DNA of 64,000 nt, taken from Lama glama. Lineage: Eukaryota. The first letter of the stretch is position 1. Each line of letters opens with the position of its first letter. Below the pieces are notes generated by a model that saw only the letters and a program-made list of their open reading frames with translations, did no database searches and was not told where the DNA came from. Made by a program: the position numbers and the translations under genes. Positions 48,439 to 60,341 of the stretch are shown here, one piece after another. The stretch is taken from positions 23,314,001 to 23,378,000 of the forward strand of contig CM052818.1 in the NCBI GenBank assembly GCA_028534125.1, written 5' to 3'.

Positions 48439-50116
48439 TTAGATTCCACATATGAGCGATCTCATATGGTATTTTTCTTTCTCTTTCTGGCTTACTTCAC
48501 TTAGAATGACATTCTCTAGGAGCATCCATGTTGCTGCAAATGGCATTATGTTGTCAGTTTTTATGGCTGAGTAGTATTCCATTGTATAAATATACCACAT
48601 CTTCTTTATCCAGTCATCCATTGATGGACATTTAGCCTGTTTCCATGTCTTGGCTATGGTAAGTAGCGCTGCTATGAACACTGGGGTGCAGGTGTCATCC
48701 TGAAGTAGGGTTCCTTCGGGATATAAACCCAGGAGCGGGATTCCTGGGTCATACAATAAGTCTATTCCTAGTCTTTTGAGGAATCTCCATACTGTTTTCC
48801 ATAGTGGCTGCACCAAACTGCATTCCCACCAGCAGTGTAGGAGGGTTCCCCTTTCTCCACAGACTCTCCAGCATTTTTCATTTGTGGATTTTTGAATGAC
48901 AGCCATTCTGACTGGTGTGAGGTGATACCTCATTGTAGTTTTGATTTGCATTTCTCTGATAATTAGTGATATTGAGCATTTTTTTCATGTGCCTATTGAT
49001 CATTTGTGTGTCTTCCTTGGAGAATTGCTTGTTTAGGTTTTTTGCCCATTTTTGGATTGGGTTGTTTGGTTGTTTCTTATTAAGTCGTATGAGCTGCTTA
49101 TACATTCTGGAGATCAAGCCTTTGTCGGTTTCATTTGCAAAAATTTTCTCCCATTCCGTAGGTTGTCTTTTTGTTTTACTTATGGTTTCCTTTGCTGTGC
49201 AGAAGCTTGTAAGTTTCATTAGGCCCCATTTGTTTATTCTTGCTTTTATTTCTNNNNNNNNNNNNNNNNNNNNNNNNNNNNNNNNNNNNNNNNNNNNNNN
49301 NNNNNNNNNNNNNNNNNNNNNNNNNNNNNNNNNNNNNNNNNNNNNNNNNNNNNNNNNNNNNNNNNNNNNNNNNNNNNNNNNNNNNNNNNNNNNNNNNNNN
49401 NNNNNNNNNNNNNNNNNNNNNNNNNNNNNNNNNNNNNNNNNNNNNNNNNNNNNNNNNNNNNNNNNNNNNNNNNNNNNNNNNNNNNNNNNNNNNNNNNNNN
49501 NNNNNNNNNNNNNNNNNNNNNNNNNNNNNNNNNNNNNNNNNNNNNNNNNNNNNNNNNNNNNNNNNNNNNNNNNNNNNNNNNNNNNNNNNNNNNNNNNNNN
49601 NNNNNNNNNNNNNNNNNNNNNNNNNNNNNNNNNNNNNNNNNNNNNNNNNNNNNNNNNNNNNNNNNNNNNNNNNNNNNNNNNNNNNNNNNNNNNNNNNNNN
49701 NNNNNNNNNNNNNNNNNNNNNNNNNNNNNNNNNNNNNNNNNNNNNNNNNNNNNGTACTTAGGTGCTCCTATATTGGGTGCATATATATTAACGAGTGTAA
49801 TATCTTCATCTTGTATCACTCCTTTAATCATTATAAAATGTCCTTCTTTATCTTTCTTTATGGCCTTTGTTTTAAAGTCTATTTTGTCTGAAATCAGTAC
49901 TGCAACACCTGCTTTTTTGGCTTTTCCATTTGCATGGAATATCCTTTTCCATTCTTTCACTCTCAATCTATATGTGTCCTTCTCCCTAAAGTAGGTCTCT
50001 GGTATGCTAGAAGGTTCTTGCTTTAGTATCCAGTCTGCCACTCTGTGTCTTTTGACTGGAGCATTTAGTCCATTAACATTTACAGTAATTAATGATAGAT
50101 GTGTGTTTATTGCCAT
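48439..50116 (-). pseudogene. L1 ORF2 (endonuclease start and C-terminal CCHC region; RT lies in the gap), disrupted
   Basis: MAINTHLSLITVNVNGLNAPVKRHRV...KKAGVAVLISDK...NIYAPNIGAPKY; C-terminal [18 protein letters not shown]...[13 protein letters not shown]. Frameshift near 48980; the ICCLQET motif reads SSIPET. Confidence 0.93.
49254..49753. other. Assembly gap (500 N)
   Basis: Run of exactly 500 N inside L1 ORF2. Confidence 1.
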
Positions 50117-50517
50117 TTTGAACTTATCTTTGCAGTTGACTTGGTGTTTCCTCTTTGTTCCTTTCTTCTTCCTTTCGTAGTTTGGTAATTTTCCTTTATA
50201 TTTTCATGGATTTTATTTACTTTTTGTGACTCCCTTGTAAATTTTTGGCTTGTGGTTACCCTTTTTTATAAGTCTATTAGCCCATTACTATAATTGTTTT
50301 TATTAAACTGATAGTAACATGATCTCAATCCCATCCTACTGAGAACAAAACTTTTAAAAAGGAAGAAATAAAAAATCTATATTTTCCTGCCTCCCTCTCC
50401 CACTCTCAATGATTTAGATGTCTTTTACAATTTTGTGTTTATTTTATTTGTAATTCATGAGTTATCACCTTTCCAGTTGTGAGTTTCTCATTCTTTAGCA
50501 TCCTGCTGCTTTTCTAT

Positions 50518-51420
50518 TTAGAGTAGACCTTTCAATATTTCTTTTAGCATGGGTTTAATGTTGCTAAACTCTTGTAGTTTTTTCTTGTCTGTGAAGTTCT
50601 TTATGTCTCCTTCTATCCTAAAGGATAGCCTTGCTGGATAAAGTATCCTAGGCTGCATCTTTTTTTCATTCAGGACTTTGAATATATCTTGCCACTCCCT
50701 TCTGACCTGTAGTGTTTGTGTAGAGAAATCAGCTGAGAGCCTTACGGGAGTTCCCTTGTAACTCACTCTTTGGTTTTCTTTTGCTGCCTTGACTCTTTCT
50801 TTATCCTTGACTCTGGCCATCTTGATGATGATATGTCTTGGTGTGGGTCTGCTTGGGTTCTTCCTGTTTGGGACCCTCTGAACTTCCTGTACTTGGATAT
50901 CTGATTCCTTCTCTAAGTTTGGGAAGTTTTCAGTCATGATTTCTTCCAATACCTTTTCAATCCCCTTTGATCTTTCTTCCTCTTCTGGGACCCCTATTAT
51001 GCGAAGATTGGCATGCTTAATATTATCCCATAGGTCCCTTATGCTATTTTCATTTGTTTGTATTTGTTTATTTCGTAGCTATTCTGATTGGGTGCTTTCT
51101 ATTGTCCTGTCTTCTAGGTCACTTATTCATTTCTCTACATTATCTAGTCTGCTTTGCACAGCCTTTAGATCATTTCTCATCTCAGCCAATGAGTTTACCA
51201 ATTCTACTTGGCTCTTCTTTATAGCTTACATTTCAGTTTTGGCATTTTTTTTTTTATCTCTAAACACTATCTCTTTTAGTTCCTTCAGTACTTTGATCAC
51301 TCCTTTTTTGAAATCTTGATCTAGTAGGCTATAAATGTCTATTTCATTGATTGTTCTTTCAGGGGATTTCTCTTGTTCTTTTAATTGGGAATGATTTCTC
51401 TGCTTCTTCATCTTGCTCAT
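50518..51420 (-). pseudogene. L1 ORF1 (RNA-binding chaperone), frameshifted
   Basis: MSKMKKQRNHSQLKEQEKSPE... (51420), broken at a homopolymer near 51250; C-terminal EEIMTENFPNL...TPRHIIIK...RLSADFS...PRILYPARLSF...LKEILKGLL. Confidence 0.92.
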
Positions 51421-51889
51421 ATCTCTCTGGCACTGTGGTTTATGGAGTATCAGTTATCTATTGTGGTCCTTAAGGAGTTTATTTATTTATCTATCTAATG
51501 CCTATGTAGGAATAAAACTTAAAAAAAAGAGAGAGAATTTTAAAAGAAGGGAGGAAAAAGGTTTGAAAACAGTGTATAATGAATAATAGAAGAGCGAGTT
51601 GAAGCAGAATAGCAATCGGGTTGAGATGTGTTTTAAAAACCTTTAAAAAAGGAGAAAAGAGGGAAAAAATGTATTTGAAACCTGTATATAATCAATAACA
51701 GGACATCAAAACCAAGAGAAATAAAAATGAAAGGATGTGGATTTTTAAAAATAATAATAAAAATATTTTTTAAAAATTTAAAAGGGATTAAAACTTGGGG
51801 TATATATATATAATTGTTTAAGAAGTAAAAATTAAAAGGGCAATAGAACATAGAACAGGTAAAAACAGATTTTAAAAAAGGGGGGGGCG

Positions 51890-53146
51890 GTGTTCTCCTG
51901 GAGACTGTGTGCTCTTAATGTGAAGTCTTTCTGTCTTCGCCCTGTTTTGGGAGCTCAGCTTGCTGTTTCCAGAGGCCCTCCATTGGTGCCCTTGTCTGTG
52001 CTGCTCCCAGTGCCTGTTGGCAAGCAGATCGTGCCCCCTCGCAACACTGGGTCAGGTGCAGCTCTCCTTTGCTATGGGCGGGCGGGTCACTGCCCCTCCT
52101 GATGCCGCAGTCAGATGTTGCAGACTGGCCAGGCAGGAGGGCAGGTCGTGCCCCCTCTCAGCAGCGCCGTCAGGAGCTGCATTCCTGCCAGAAAGGCGGG
52201 GAGCCCCCCGCCCTCCCTCTTCCGGCGCTGGTCGCTCCATAGCTCTGTGTCGCTGCGTGCTCTGCCTAGGGTTGGCGCTCCGTAGGCGGGCTCGGGGATG
52301 ACGGAGGAACAGCCCTGCCCCTGCTCTGGACCAAAACCCAGCTTCCTGTTTGTCTTGGCGAAGCAAGTTCTCTGAGGGACCAGGATGGAAGGATCCTATC
52401 TGCCTCGGGTCTCCGTCTGGCCTTTGAGGCTGTTAAGCCCTTAGGTGTGGATTCAGGTTTCACCCCCGCCCCCGCCTGGGTGCTAAGCACAGGAGGATAT
52501 GGCGGCTGGGCCTGAGCTCCGCCTCTCTTCACCCAAAGACTTCCCCAGGTTTTCAAAGATGGGGATATGCACCCTTCCCCTCAGGGCACATCAGCCGTGC
52601 TGTTTTATGGAGGGCTCAGGTTGTTCTGCACTGTGCATCCATAGCAACAGCGCACAGCCCCCTGCAGTCCCCTGGGGCTGCCTCAGCGCAGCTGTCCCCC
52701 TCCCCGGCCCGGCTCAGGCGGCCTGTCCCGGCCCCAGCTGCCAGCCCTCGTCTCCGGCTGGGTGTCGCGGGGACCCTATGTGCTCATTTAACTTAGTTCT
52801 GTTGGTCAAGGGCTGCTCTGTACAGATCCAAGCCTCGGAGGCTCCCCCTCCGTCCCGCTGGCCTCTCCGTTGGAGAGGGGGAGGTTCAGCGAACAAGCGC
52901 CAGTCCTCCTTTGCCGCTCCCTCCCCGCGGGACCGGTCCTGCACTGTTTTGCTTTTTCTTCTTTCTTTTTTCCTTTTCTCCTACCAGATTTTTGGCATCT
53001 CTTTCTTTTGAAGAGGACGATATTCTGTCAGAGTTCCGCAGGTGCTCTGGTTGGCTGAGTGGGTCTGTGGATGTGAGTCTTGGTGCATTTGTGGGAGAGG
53101 GTGAGCTCCAAGCTCCTTCTACTCCTCCATCTTGGCCTCCTCCACC
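51890..53146 (-). promoter_or_regulatory. CpG-rich L1 5' UTR internal promoter
   Basis: GC/CpG-rich; YY1-like ccaagatgg at 53127-53135, just inside the 5' end. Confidence 0.75.
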
Positions 53147-53160
53147 TCCATATGCCTTTT

Positions 53161-53790
53161 ATTTCCTTTTCTTGCCGTAATATGTTGGCTAGAACTTTCA
53201 GTACTATGTTTAATAGAAGTGGTGAGAGTGAACATCTTTGTCTCATTCCACATCTTAGAAGGAAAGCATTCAGCTTTTTACCTTTAAATATAATATTAGC
53301 TGTAAGTGTATTGTAGATTTTTTAAATCAAGTTTAAGTAGTTCTCCATTCCTATTTTTCTGAGAGTTTTTTCTTAATCACGAATGGGTGTTGAATTTTGT
53401 CCAGTGTTTTTCTATATTGACTGATATGATCATGTGTTTTTTCTTCTTTAGCCTGATGATATGGTGGATAATACTGATTGATTTTAGAATATTGAAACAA
53501 CCTTGTATCCTTGGAATAAGCCCCACTTGATCATGGCCTATACATTTTTTATATTACTGAAAACTATTTGCTAATATTGCATTAAGGATTATTGTATTAA
53601 TGTTCATGAAAGATATTTGTCTGTAGTTTTGTTTTTTTTTGGTACTATCTTTGTCTGGTTTTATTTTCAGGGTGATACTAGCTGCATAAAATGAATTGGG
53701 ACCCATTTCTTTCTGTTCTGTATTCTGGAAGAGAATGTGTAAAATTGATGTTAATTCTTTATTAAGCATTTAGTAGAAATCTGCAGTGAA
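53161..53790 (-). mobile_element. Old LINE-1 ORF2 RT region (host element, continuation)
   Basis: [31 protein letters not shown] and PNSFYAASITLKIKPDKD...NYRQISFMNIN. Confidence 0.9.
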
Positions 53791-55350
53791 ATCACTCTAT
53801 GTCTTTTGATTGGAGCATTTAGTCCATTGACAATTTTAAAATCTATTTTTATATATAGTGATTAACATTTGCAAATCTCAAACTCCCAAATTTATCCCTT
53901 CTTACCCTCTTTCCCTGGTAACCATCAGATTGTTTACTTTGCGAGTCTGTTTCTTTTGTAGATGAATTCATTAGTGTCCTTTTTTCTTTTTCTTTTCTTT
54001 TTTATAGATTCCTCATATGAGTGGTATCATATGTTATTTTTTGTTCTTTTTCTGGCTTACTTCACTTAGAAGTCCATTAACTACTTACTTAGTAGGTAAT
54101 TATTGGTAGATATGTATTTATTGCCATTTTAAACCTTTTTTTCCAGTTGATTCTGTATTTCTTCTTTGTTCCTTTCTTTTTCTTTTTTCTTTTCCTTTTG
54201 TGGTTTGATGGTTTTTCTTTTGTATTATGCTTGTGTTCTCTTCTTTTCGGTTTTTGTGAATCTAATGCATGTATTTGATTTGTGGTTACCCTGCTTTTCA
54301 AGTATATTAACCCATTATTTTATCTACCTGTGATAGACTGGTAACCATATAGGCTCAAACACATCCTAAAAGAAATATGTATAATAATTGTTTTACTCTC
54401 TTCCCCCACATTTTATGATTTTGATGTCCTCTTTTACATCTTCATGTTTATCCTTTTGCTGGCCATTGTAGTTATCATTGATTTCACCAAATTTTTTTTT
54501 GATTTTTAAAAAAATCTCTATACTGGCTTATTTAAGTGATTTATTTTCAATAGTGATTTTCGCTTTCCTATATATTCTTGCTTCTTTTGTATTTAAGAAA
54601 GACATTTCAATATGTCCTTTAGGGTAGGTTTAATATTGCTTTATTCTTTTAGTTTTGCTTGTTTGAAAAATTCTTTATCTCTCCTTCTATTCTAAATGAT
54701 AATCTTGCTGGGTAGACTATCTTAAGTTGCAGATTTTTCCCTTTCAGGACTTTGAATATGTCATGTCACTCCCTTCTGGCCTGTGGGATTTCTGTAGAAA
54801 TCAGCTGATTACTTTAAACAAAGTAATTAACTCTTTGTTTTCCTCCTGCTGCATTTAGAATCCTCTCTTTATCTTTAACTTTTGCTCTTTTAATTATAAT
54901 ATGTCTTGGTGTAGGTCTCTTTGGGTTCATCTTATTTGGGACCCTCTGTGCTTCCTGTACCTGGATATCTGTTTCCTTCTTTAAGTTTGGGAAGTTTTCA
55001 GCCATAATTTCTTCAAATACATTTTTGATCCCCTTTTCTCTTTCTTCTCCTTCTGGGATCCCTATTATGTGTAGATTGGGATGCTTTATATTATCCCATA
55101 GGCCTTGTATATTGCTTACATTTTTCTTATTTATCTTTCTGTCTGCTGTTCTGATTGGGTGATTTCCATTATTTTATCTTCCAAATCACTTTTTCATCCA
55201 TCTGCATTATCCAATTTGCTATTTATTGCCTTTAGCTCAGCTTTTGTCTTGGCAGATGAATTTTCTAATTTTAATTGGCTCCTCTTTATAGTTTCTAGTT
55301 CCTTTTTATAGTAATCTGCATCTCTATTGTTAGGCTTTCTTAATTCCTTT
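53791..55350 (-). mobile_element. Second L1 fragment: ORF1 C-terminal half, spacer and ORF2 start
   Basis: MAENFPNLKKETDIQVQEAQRVPNKMNPKRPTPRHIIIK (54814-55005); ORF2 start MAINTYLPIIT near 54124; aaatgctccaatcaaaagacatagagt (minus strand) near 53795-53820. Confidence 0.88.
53832..54070 (-). mobile_element. Young L1 3' UTR fragment nested in the preceding L1
   Basis: gcaaatctcaaactcccaaatttatccc...tagattcctcatatgagtggtatc...ctggcttacttcacttagaa, flanked by agtccatt(g/a)ac at 53821 and 54071. Confidence 0.75.
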
Positions 55351-55359
55351 ATAGCGTCT

Positions 55360-55712
55360 TTGAGTGTTTCTCTTTATAGAATGGTTTTCTACACAGCGGT
55401 TACTGTAGAGTGGTTGCTTTAGGTATTATCTCTCTCTCTCTCTCTCTCATACACACACACACACATCTTATCACAGTCTTGGTATCATTGTTTTGTCAGT
55501 TTTTCATGTGATATAAAAATATTACCTTTCTTTATGTCCCTTTTCTTCTCCTTATTTATAATAAAGATGTCTTAAATATTTCCTCTATGTACAGTTAGAA
55601 CTATATCAGACAGTATTATAATTTTTATTTCTACCATCAAACATAATTTGGAAGTCTCAAGAGTAGAAAGAAAGACTTGTATTTACCTACATTTTTGCTT
55701 ACTATGTTCTTT
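55360..55712 (-). mobile_element. Old L1M inter-ORF region with a (CT)n(CA)n microsatellite
   Basis: gtggttgctttaggtatt...cttatcacagtct...aaatatttcctctatgtacagttagaac...cagacagtattataattttt. Confidence 0.6.
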
Positions 55713-56371
55713 CAAACAGTGCTCCTTCACCTCTCTGGAGAAAGTCAAGGTGAAAAACACATGACTCATCAAAGATTGTGACTTACCCTGGAATATTTTT
55801 TTTCCCCTTGGAAGCTGCCATTTCCCTCAGGAACTCTCACTTGATCATGTAATTCATGTTTTTATGCCCTGTGTGGGGATTTGGATTTTCTGTTTATGGA
55901 GTTTGGATAAATACAACTAGGATACACATTTAGCTAGTGTCCCAGCAGGCACCAGAGAGGCAAGTTTGTCAAATGTGAATTAACATATATAATCTAAACA
56001 TACTTCCAGTAACTGCTATGTTGACAAAGAAATCTCCCAGGTAATAAATGTTGAATGCTTGGGAATAGAAAACAGAGTTAAACCTCAGCCAAAAATTTAG
56101 CTCCTGTCTCTTTGGGCAAAGAGACAAAGTGGTATTTTGCTATTTTTTGAAACTAAGGAAGATTAGTTAACTAGATAAAGAAACATAAAAATGATATAAT
56201 CTCTTTTTAGTTGAGTTCTCATTAAGGAGAATTTTGATTAACTTAAAATGAATACATTAGTTCATTTTAGGTAATTGTATGTACATATAGTTATATATAT
56301 GTAAATGTATTTTAATAAGGGAAAACTCACTAATTTTGAATAGTTGGCTGAGTGCAATAGAGAAACTCAGT

Positions 56372-56635
56372 CTATTTATTTATTATTGATATATAATTGA
56401 CATATAGCATTGTATTAGTTTTAGGTGTAGAACATAATTATATATACGTATGAAAATATTATATATATATATATACACATATATATGAAAATGATCACTG
56501 TAAGTTTAATTAACATCCATCACCTCACATAGTTACAAATTTGTTTCTTCTTGTGATGAGAACTTTTATGATCTACACGCTTAGTAACTTTCAAATCTAC
56601 AATATAGTCTTGTTAACTATTGTCTCCATGCTGTG
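56372..56635 (-). mobile_element. L1MA-like 3' end with a (TA)n expansion
   Basis: tattgatatataattgacatatagcattgtattagttttaggtgtagaacataat...taacatccatcacctcacatagttac...tgtgatgagaactttt...ttaactattgtctccatgctgt. Confidence 0.85.
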
Positions 56636-56961
56636 TTAGGAATTACTTATAGAGACTCAACCTTAATAAGTAAAAATATTTGAAGTATGGAAGATTTGAA
56701 TGAACATATAGTGTTAATACTCTGAAGAACTAATAATTAATGAAAGACTGCCAATTAAAAATCTTGATACCTGGCTTTAAGGAAAAAAAAATTGTCATTG
56801 TTACACTCAATGTTGACATGCAAGGAAGTTTCTCAAATACTGTAATTTTGTTACTCAAAGTAATATTTTCATTTGTCATGTTAGTGCCATTAATTTGTCA
56901 AGAAAGCCTTTCTTACTGTAGTTGGAGCAAAATCAAACTTCAAATAAGAGTGTATTTGAAT

Positions 56962-57181
56962 CAAAGTCTCTCAACATTGGCACTGTTGACATTTTGTTTG
57001 GGGAGTTCTTTACTGTGGGGGCTGCCCTGTACATTGCAGGATGTTTAGCAGCATCCTTGGCCTCTACCTACTAGATTCCAATAGCAACCACTCTTGCCCC
57101 CTAGGAGTGACAAATAAAAATGTCTGCAGGCATTGCTAAATGTCCTCTGGGGACAAATTTGCTTCTCTTTGAGGATCACTG
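56962..57181 (+). mobile_element. MER20 hAT-Charlie MITE, full length (220 bp)
   Basis: tctctcaacattggcactgttgacatttt...gggggctgccctgtacattgcaggatgtttagcagcatccttggcctctacctactagat...cattgctaaatgtcctctggggacaaa...tgaggatcactg. Confidence 0.9.
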
Positions 57182-58125
57182 GTCGAAATTATTAGAATAT
57201 CCACAATAGTGCAGTTAAAATTACATCTTGTTGAACATCTATTGTATAACGAACATGAAAGCAAGGATGCCTTTAATTCAGAGTCAATGGTTTCCAACTA
57301 GACCAAACTTGATGACATCTGGGGATCTCCATTTCATGCTCATTCCAAGGACTGAATTTAGGTGACTATAGCAAACTGTTTGGTTTACATTTGCTTCCAT
57401 TTTCCCTGCCTGGGTTTGGTAGATAACCTGTGTGCGCCACAATAACTTAGAACAGTGAATAATACCCCATTATATTCAACATAATAGTGCAAGGATACCC
57501 ATGTTGGCTAAATACATTGTTGATTTAATTACCGTGACTTTGAATACAGAGTCTGGCCCTCTTCTTTCTGAATAAGTGCTTTATTGACCTTTTCCTTGCA
57601 GCTCTTCATCATCCTAATAACATACTCACTGATTTTAAAAAGAGTAATTCCCCTCCAAAGGCTAGTAATTTCAGTTAACTGTTTTGATTGAGGTAGGGTT
57701 TGTAAGTCTTTGGCAGTTGGGCTAATTGTTCATTCACGGCTTTTAATTGTTCCCTGGCTAGTTTCTCTTAAAGAAGCATCTGAACTAGCCCTTCTTTTCC
57801 TCATTAGGTGCTTGGCAGCTTCCCAAAGTAAGCAAGGCTTGACATCTGGTATGTGGCACTTTGTGTCCTGGGGATTTTTGCCATCTCCTTGATATTGCCC
57901 ATTGTTTCTTTCACTTCTTTCAATCTAAGATTGTTTCCTCTTGGGGTTCTTCTTGATGTCTAACTAGGCTAGTAACACAACTTCGGGAGCCCAAGTGAGG
58001 CTTAGGGCAGTGAAAGGCATCAGCTTTTGTTTTTGCTGGGTCTAGCTGAATCATTTTGATGTAGACTAAGAAAATGGCCAGTGTGAGACACATTCAGTCT
58101 AAGGGTTGAGTGGATAGGGGGTACT

Positions 58126-58236
58126 TAGGAGGTGAAGTTTTGGTCTGCCTAGGACTGAGGGGCTTTCTAGGACATGGGCCTTTCACTGCTAAAATCAGTA
58201 AAGTTCCAAGCAAATTGGAATGAGTTGGTGATCCTA
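58126..58236 (+). mobile_element. MER94-like hAT-Blackjack MITE
   Basis: gtctgcctaggactgaggggctttctaggacatgggcctttcactgctaaaatcagtaaagttccaagcaaattggaatgagttggtgatccta. Confidence 0.75.
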
Positions 58237-60001
58237 GGAATACTACTGTAATCCAGATGTCTCAGGATTTAACAGCATGTGAACTCACATATGGCCACAT
58301 CGTCATCAATACTTACAAATTGATAGCTCTAAATTCCTACATTGTAACTGCAGGAACTAAGTCCCCTGAAAGTCTCCCAGATTTTTCTAGGCATCCCCAG
58401 AGAGTGACTCATATGTTCTCAGAAATGAGGGCTCCTCTCAACCTCTCTCTGTCTCTCTCCACCTGCCCTCTATTTTTATTTTCCTTCCTCTTTAACTTTC
58501 AGGCAGTGGCCCGCAGCCTACAAGCTGCCTACAGAGTGCCTCCATACTGCTACTGTTGTTGCAAGTGTTTGTGAATAAATGGTCAGCCCCTTGACCTGGT
58601 TTTTCCAGGCTGTTTTGCCGAGGACGGACGGTTTTCTCCTGAGGGAGATCCCAAAGCCTCAGGCTATTCCCAGTCCCCACAGAGTCACAGGTTCCTTTAG
58701 TTCTTGGGCTCCCTCTTCTTTTCTCCAACCTCCCAGCTCCTTCCCTTCCATTATCCTTTTCTCCCACATACGCTTATTCTCAGACATTCCTGCACCTTCA
58801 AAACGAAGAACCAAAACCCCCGTACAGCACCGGCCTGCACTGGGGGGGGGGGGGCATGGTCTTACTCATCTCACCAACTCACTCAGAAGCTGCTTTTCTG
58901 CTCAGCTGAGCCACTGACTTACGCAGCTATGCAGTGGGAGGATTTCTCCAACAAGACCAGAAGTTTCGTCTCAGCCTGCAGATGCTTAATTAAGAAACTT
59001 TAGGCTGTCCCTAGCCACTGTGGTTGTATGGCTTGAGTCTGAGCATTTACCATCAAATCCAGAGTAACCAGAGAGCCATCTGAATAGGCAGCAGGAGGTC
59101 CGGACTGCTGTCCACGGGCTGCCTCAGCGCTCAGTGTCGTTGAGCACTGACAGGTTTCAAAGTACTGAATTAGGGCAGGTATTAGGGACTCGAAGTCTCA
59201 TTTCCTGTGTTCTCCCCACAACCCCTGGCCAATTTTGGAACGTAACTGCCTATTGACTCTCCATTCCCCACTGTTCTTTGCCAGCACTTAGGGACACTCA
59301 TTTACACTTACCTTTTTCCTAAGCAACTGCTGGGGTCCTCGGGCCATCCAGGGGGCCAGTAGTGAGGGTTATATGTCTAACAGCCATTTCCAAAAGGTGG
59401 ACATTGACAGTGTGATATGTGATGTCAGGTGGTTCCGTCCCTCTCTTTGTGAGTGATTTTCCTACAGTGTTCAGCTTCTTGAGTACCTGATCCTGACACA
59501 GGCACAGGCTCTGGGTTATAATATCTGGATCCTTCCCTTTCTGGATGTGGAATCTGCTACCTTAATATCCCTGAGTGTCAGGGTCTTCACAGTACAATTT
59601 TGATAATAGAATCTTCTCTGTTAGTTGTTTTTTGATATCACAATAAATATGATAATGTGTTTGAATGTTCCTTAAAAAATGAATCTGTGAAATTATATTG
59701 AAAGAAAATCTGCTATTCTCCAGTCTCAGCCTCTCAGGTAGCGAAGATGTGGCTATGAAGCCATGTTACCCAATAAACAAGAATGTTTGGTCAACTTCCT
59801 GGCTTCACTCCTATTTCATTCCTTTTCTTCTTTTCTTCATCAAATATTTAGGACATTGTGTAGGTGATAAAAACTAGAGGCACAAAGACAGCTAAGACAG
59901 ACAGCTGGCCTTGCGAAGTCATGACTTCTCTGACTTCCCCTCAAACTGTAAATTAGTGGTTGAGTAAATAAAATAAACTAGCCCCTGTTTCTTTAGCTCC
60001 G

Positions 60002-60015
60002 TCTCTAGAGGGCGC
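60002..60015 (+). promoter_or_regulatory. Candidate CTCF site
   Basis: TCTCTAGAGGGCGC versus the consensus CCASYAGRKGGCRS; core intact, 5' positions deviate. Confidence 0.4.
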
Positions 60016-60341
60016 CTTCTTAGTGCTGCCGTGGCTTCTGTATGACACCCAGCATCCCCTGAGCACCTGAGTGCCTGCTTTCAGTGGATCCTGATGCTGA
60101 AGATGAAAGCACTCTCTAGAGAGAGGAAAGGTCTTGTTCAAGGTCACACAGATGATTTAGCACTTTGTTCTTAGCCCTGTTTCTCCTCATGCCCTGGTGA
60201 ATGGTAGTGCTCAGGCTGACACTTCTAACACACGGGTTCTCCTGAATTTTCATGGGTGTGTTTTCTCTAGTATCAAGGGACTCACTATTGAAAACTATAT
60301 CCATTGCTTCTTCATACCTGAAAGTACATCAGTTGAAGTCT

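Larger units (their letters stand above)
48115..53146 (-). mobile_element. Full-length young lineage-specific LINE-1 with perfect 14-bp TSD (interrupted by an assembly gap)
   Basis: TSD tccatatgcctttt at 48101-48114 and 53147-53160. The 5' end reads ggtggaggaggccaagatgg; then a ~1.7 kb 5' UTR, ORF1, a ~400 bp spacer, ORF2, 3' UTR and poly-A. Confidence 0.95.

Noticed and set aside
48878..50116. Long ORFs (412, 342, 173 aa) in the ORF track
   Set aside because: Their lengths are artefacts of reading through 500 N; only the flanking minus-strand L1 ORF2 peptides are real.
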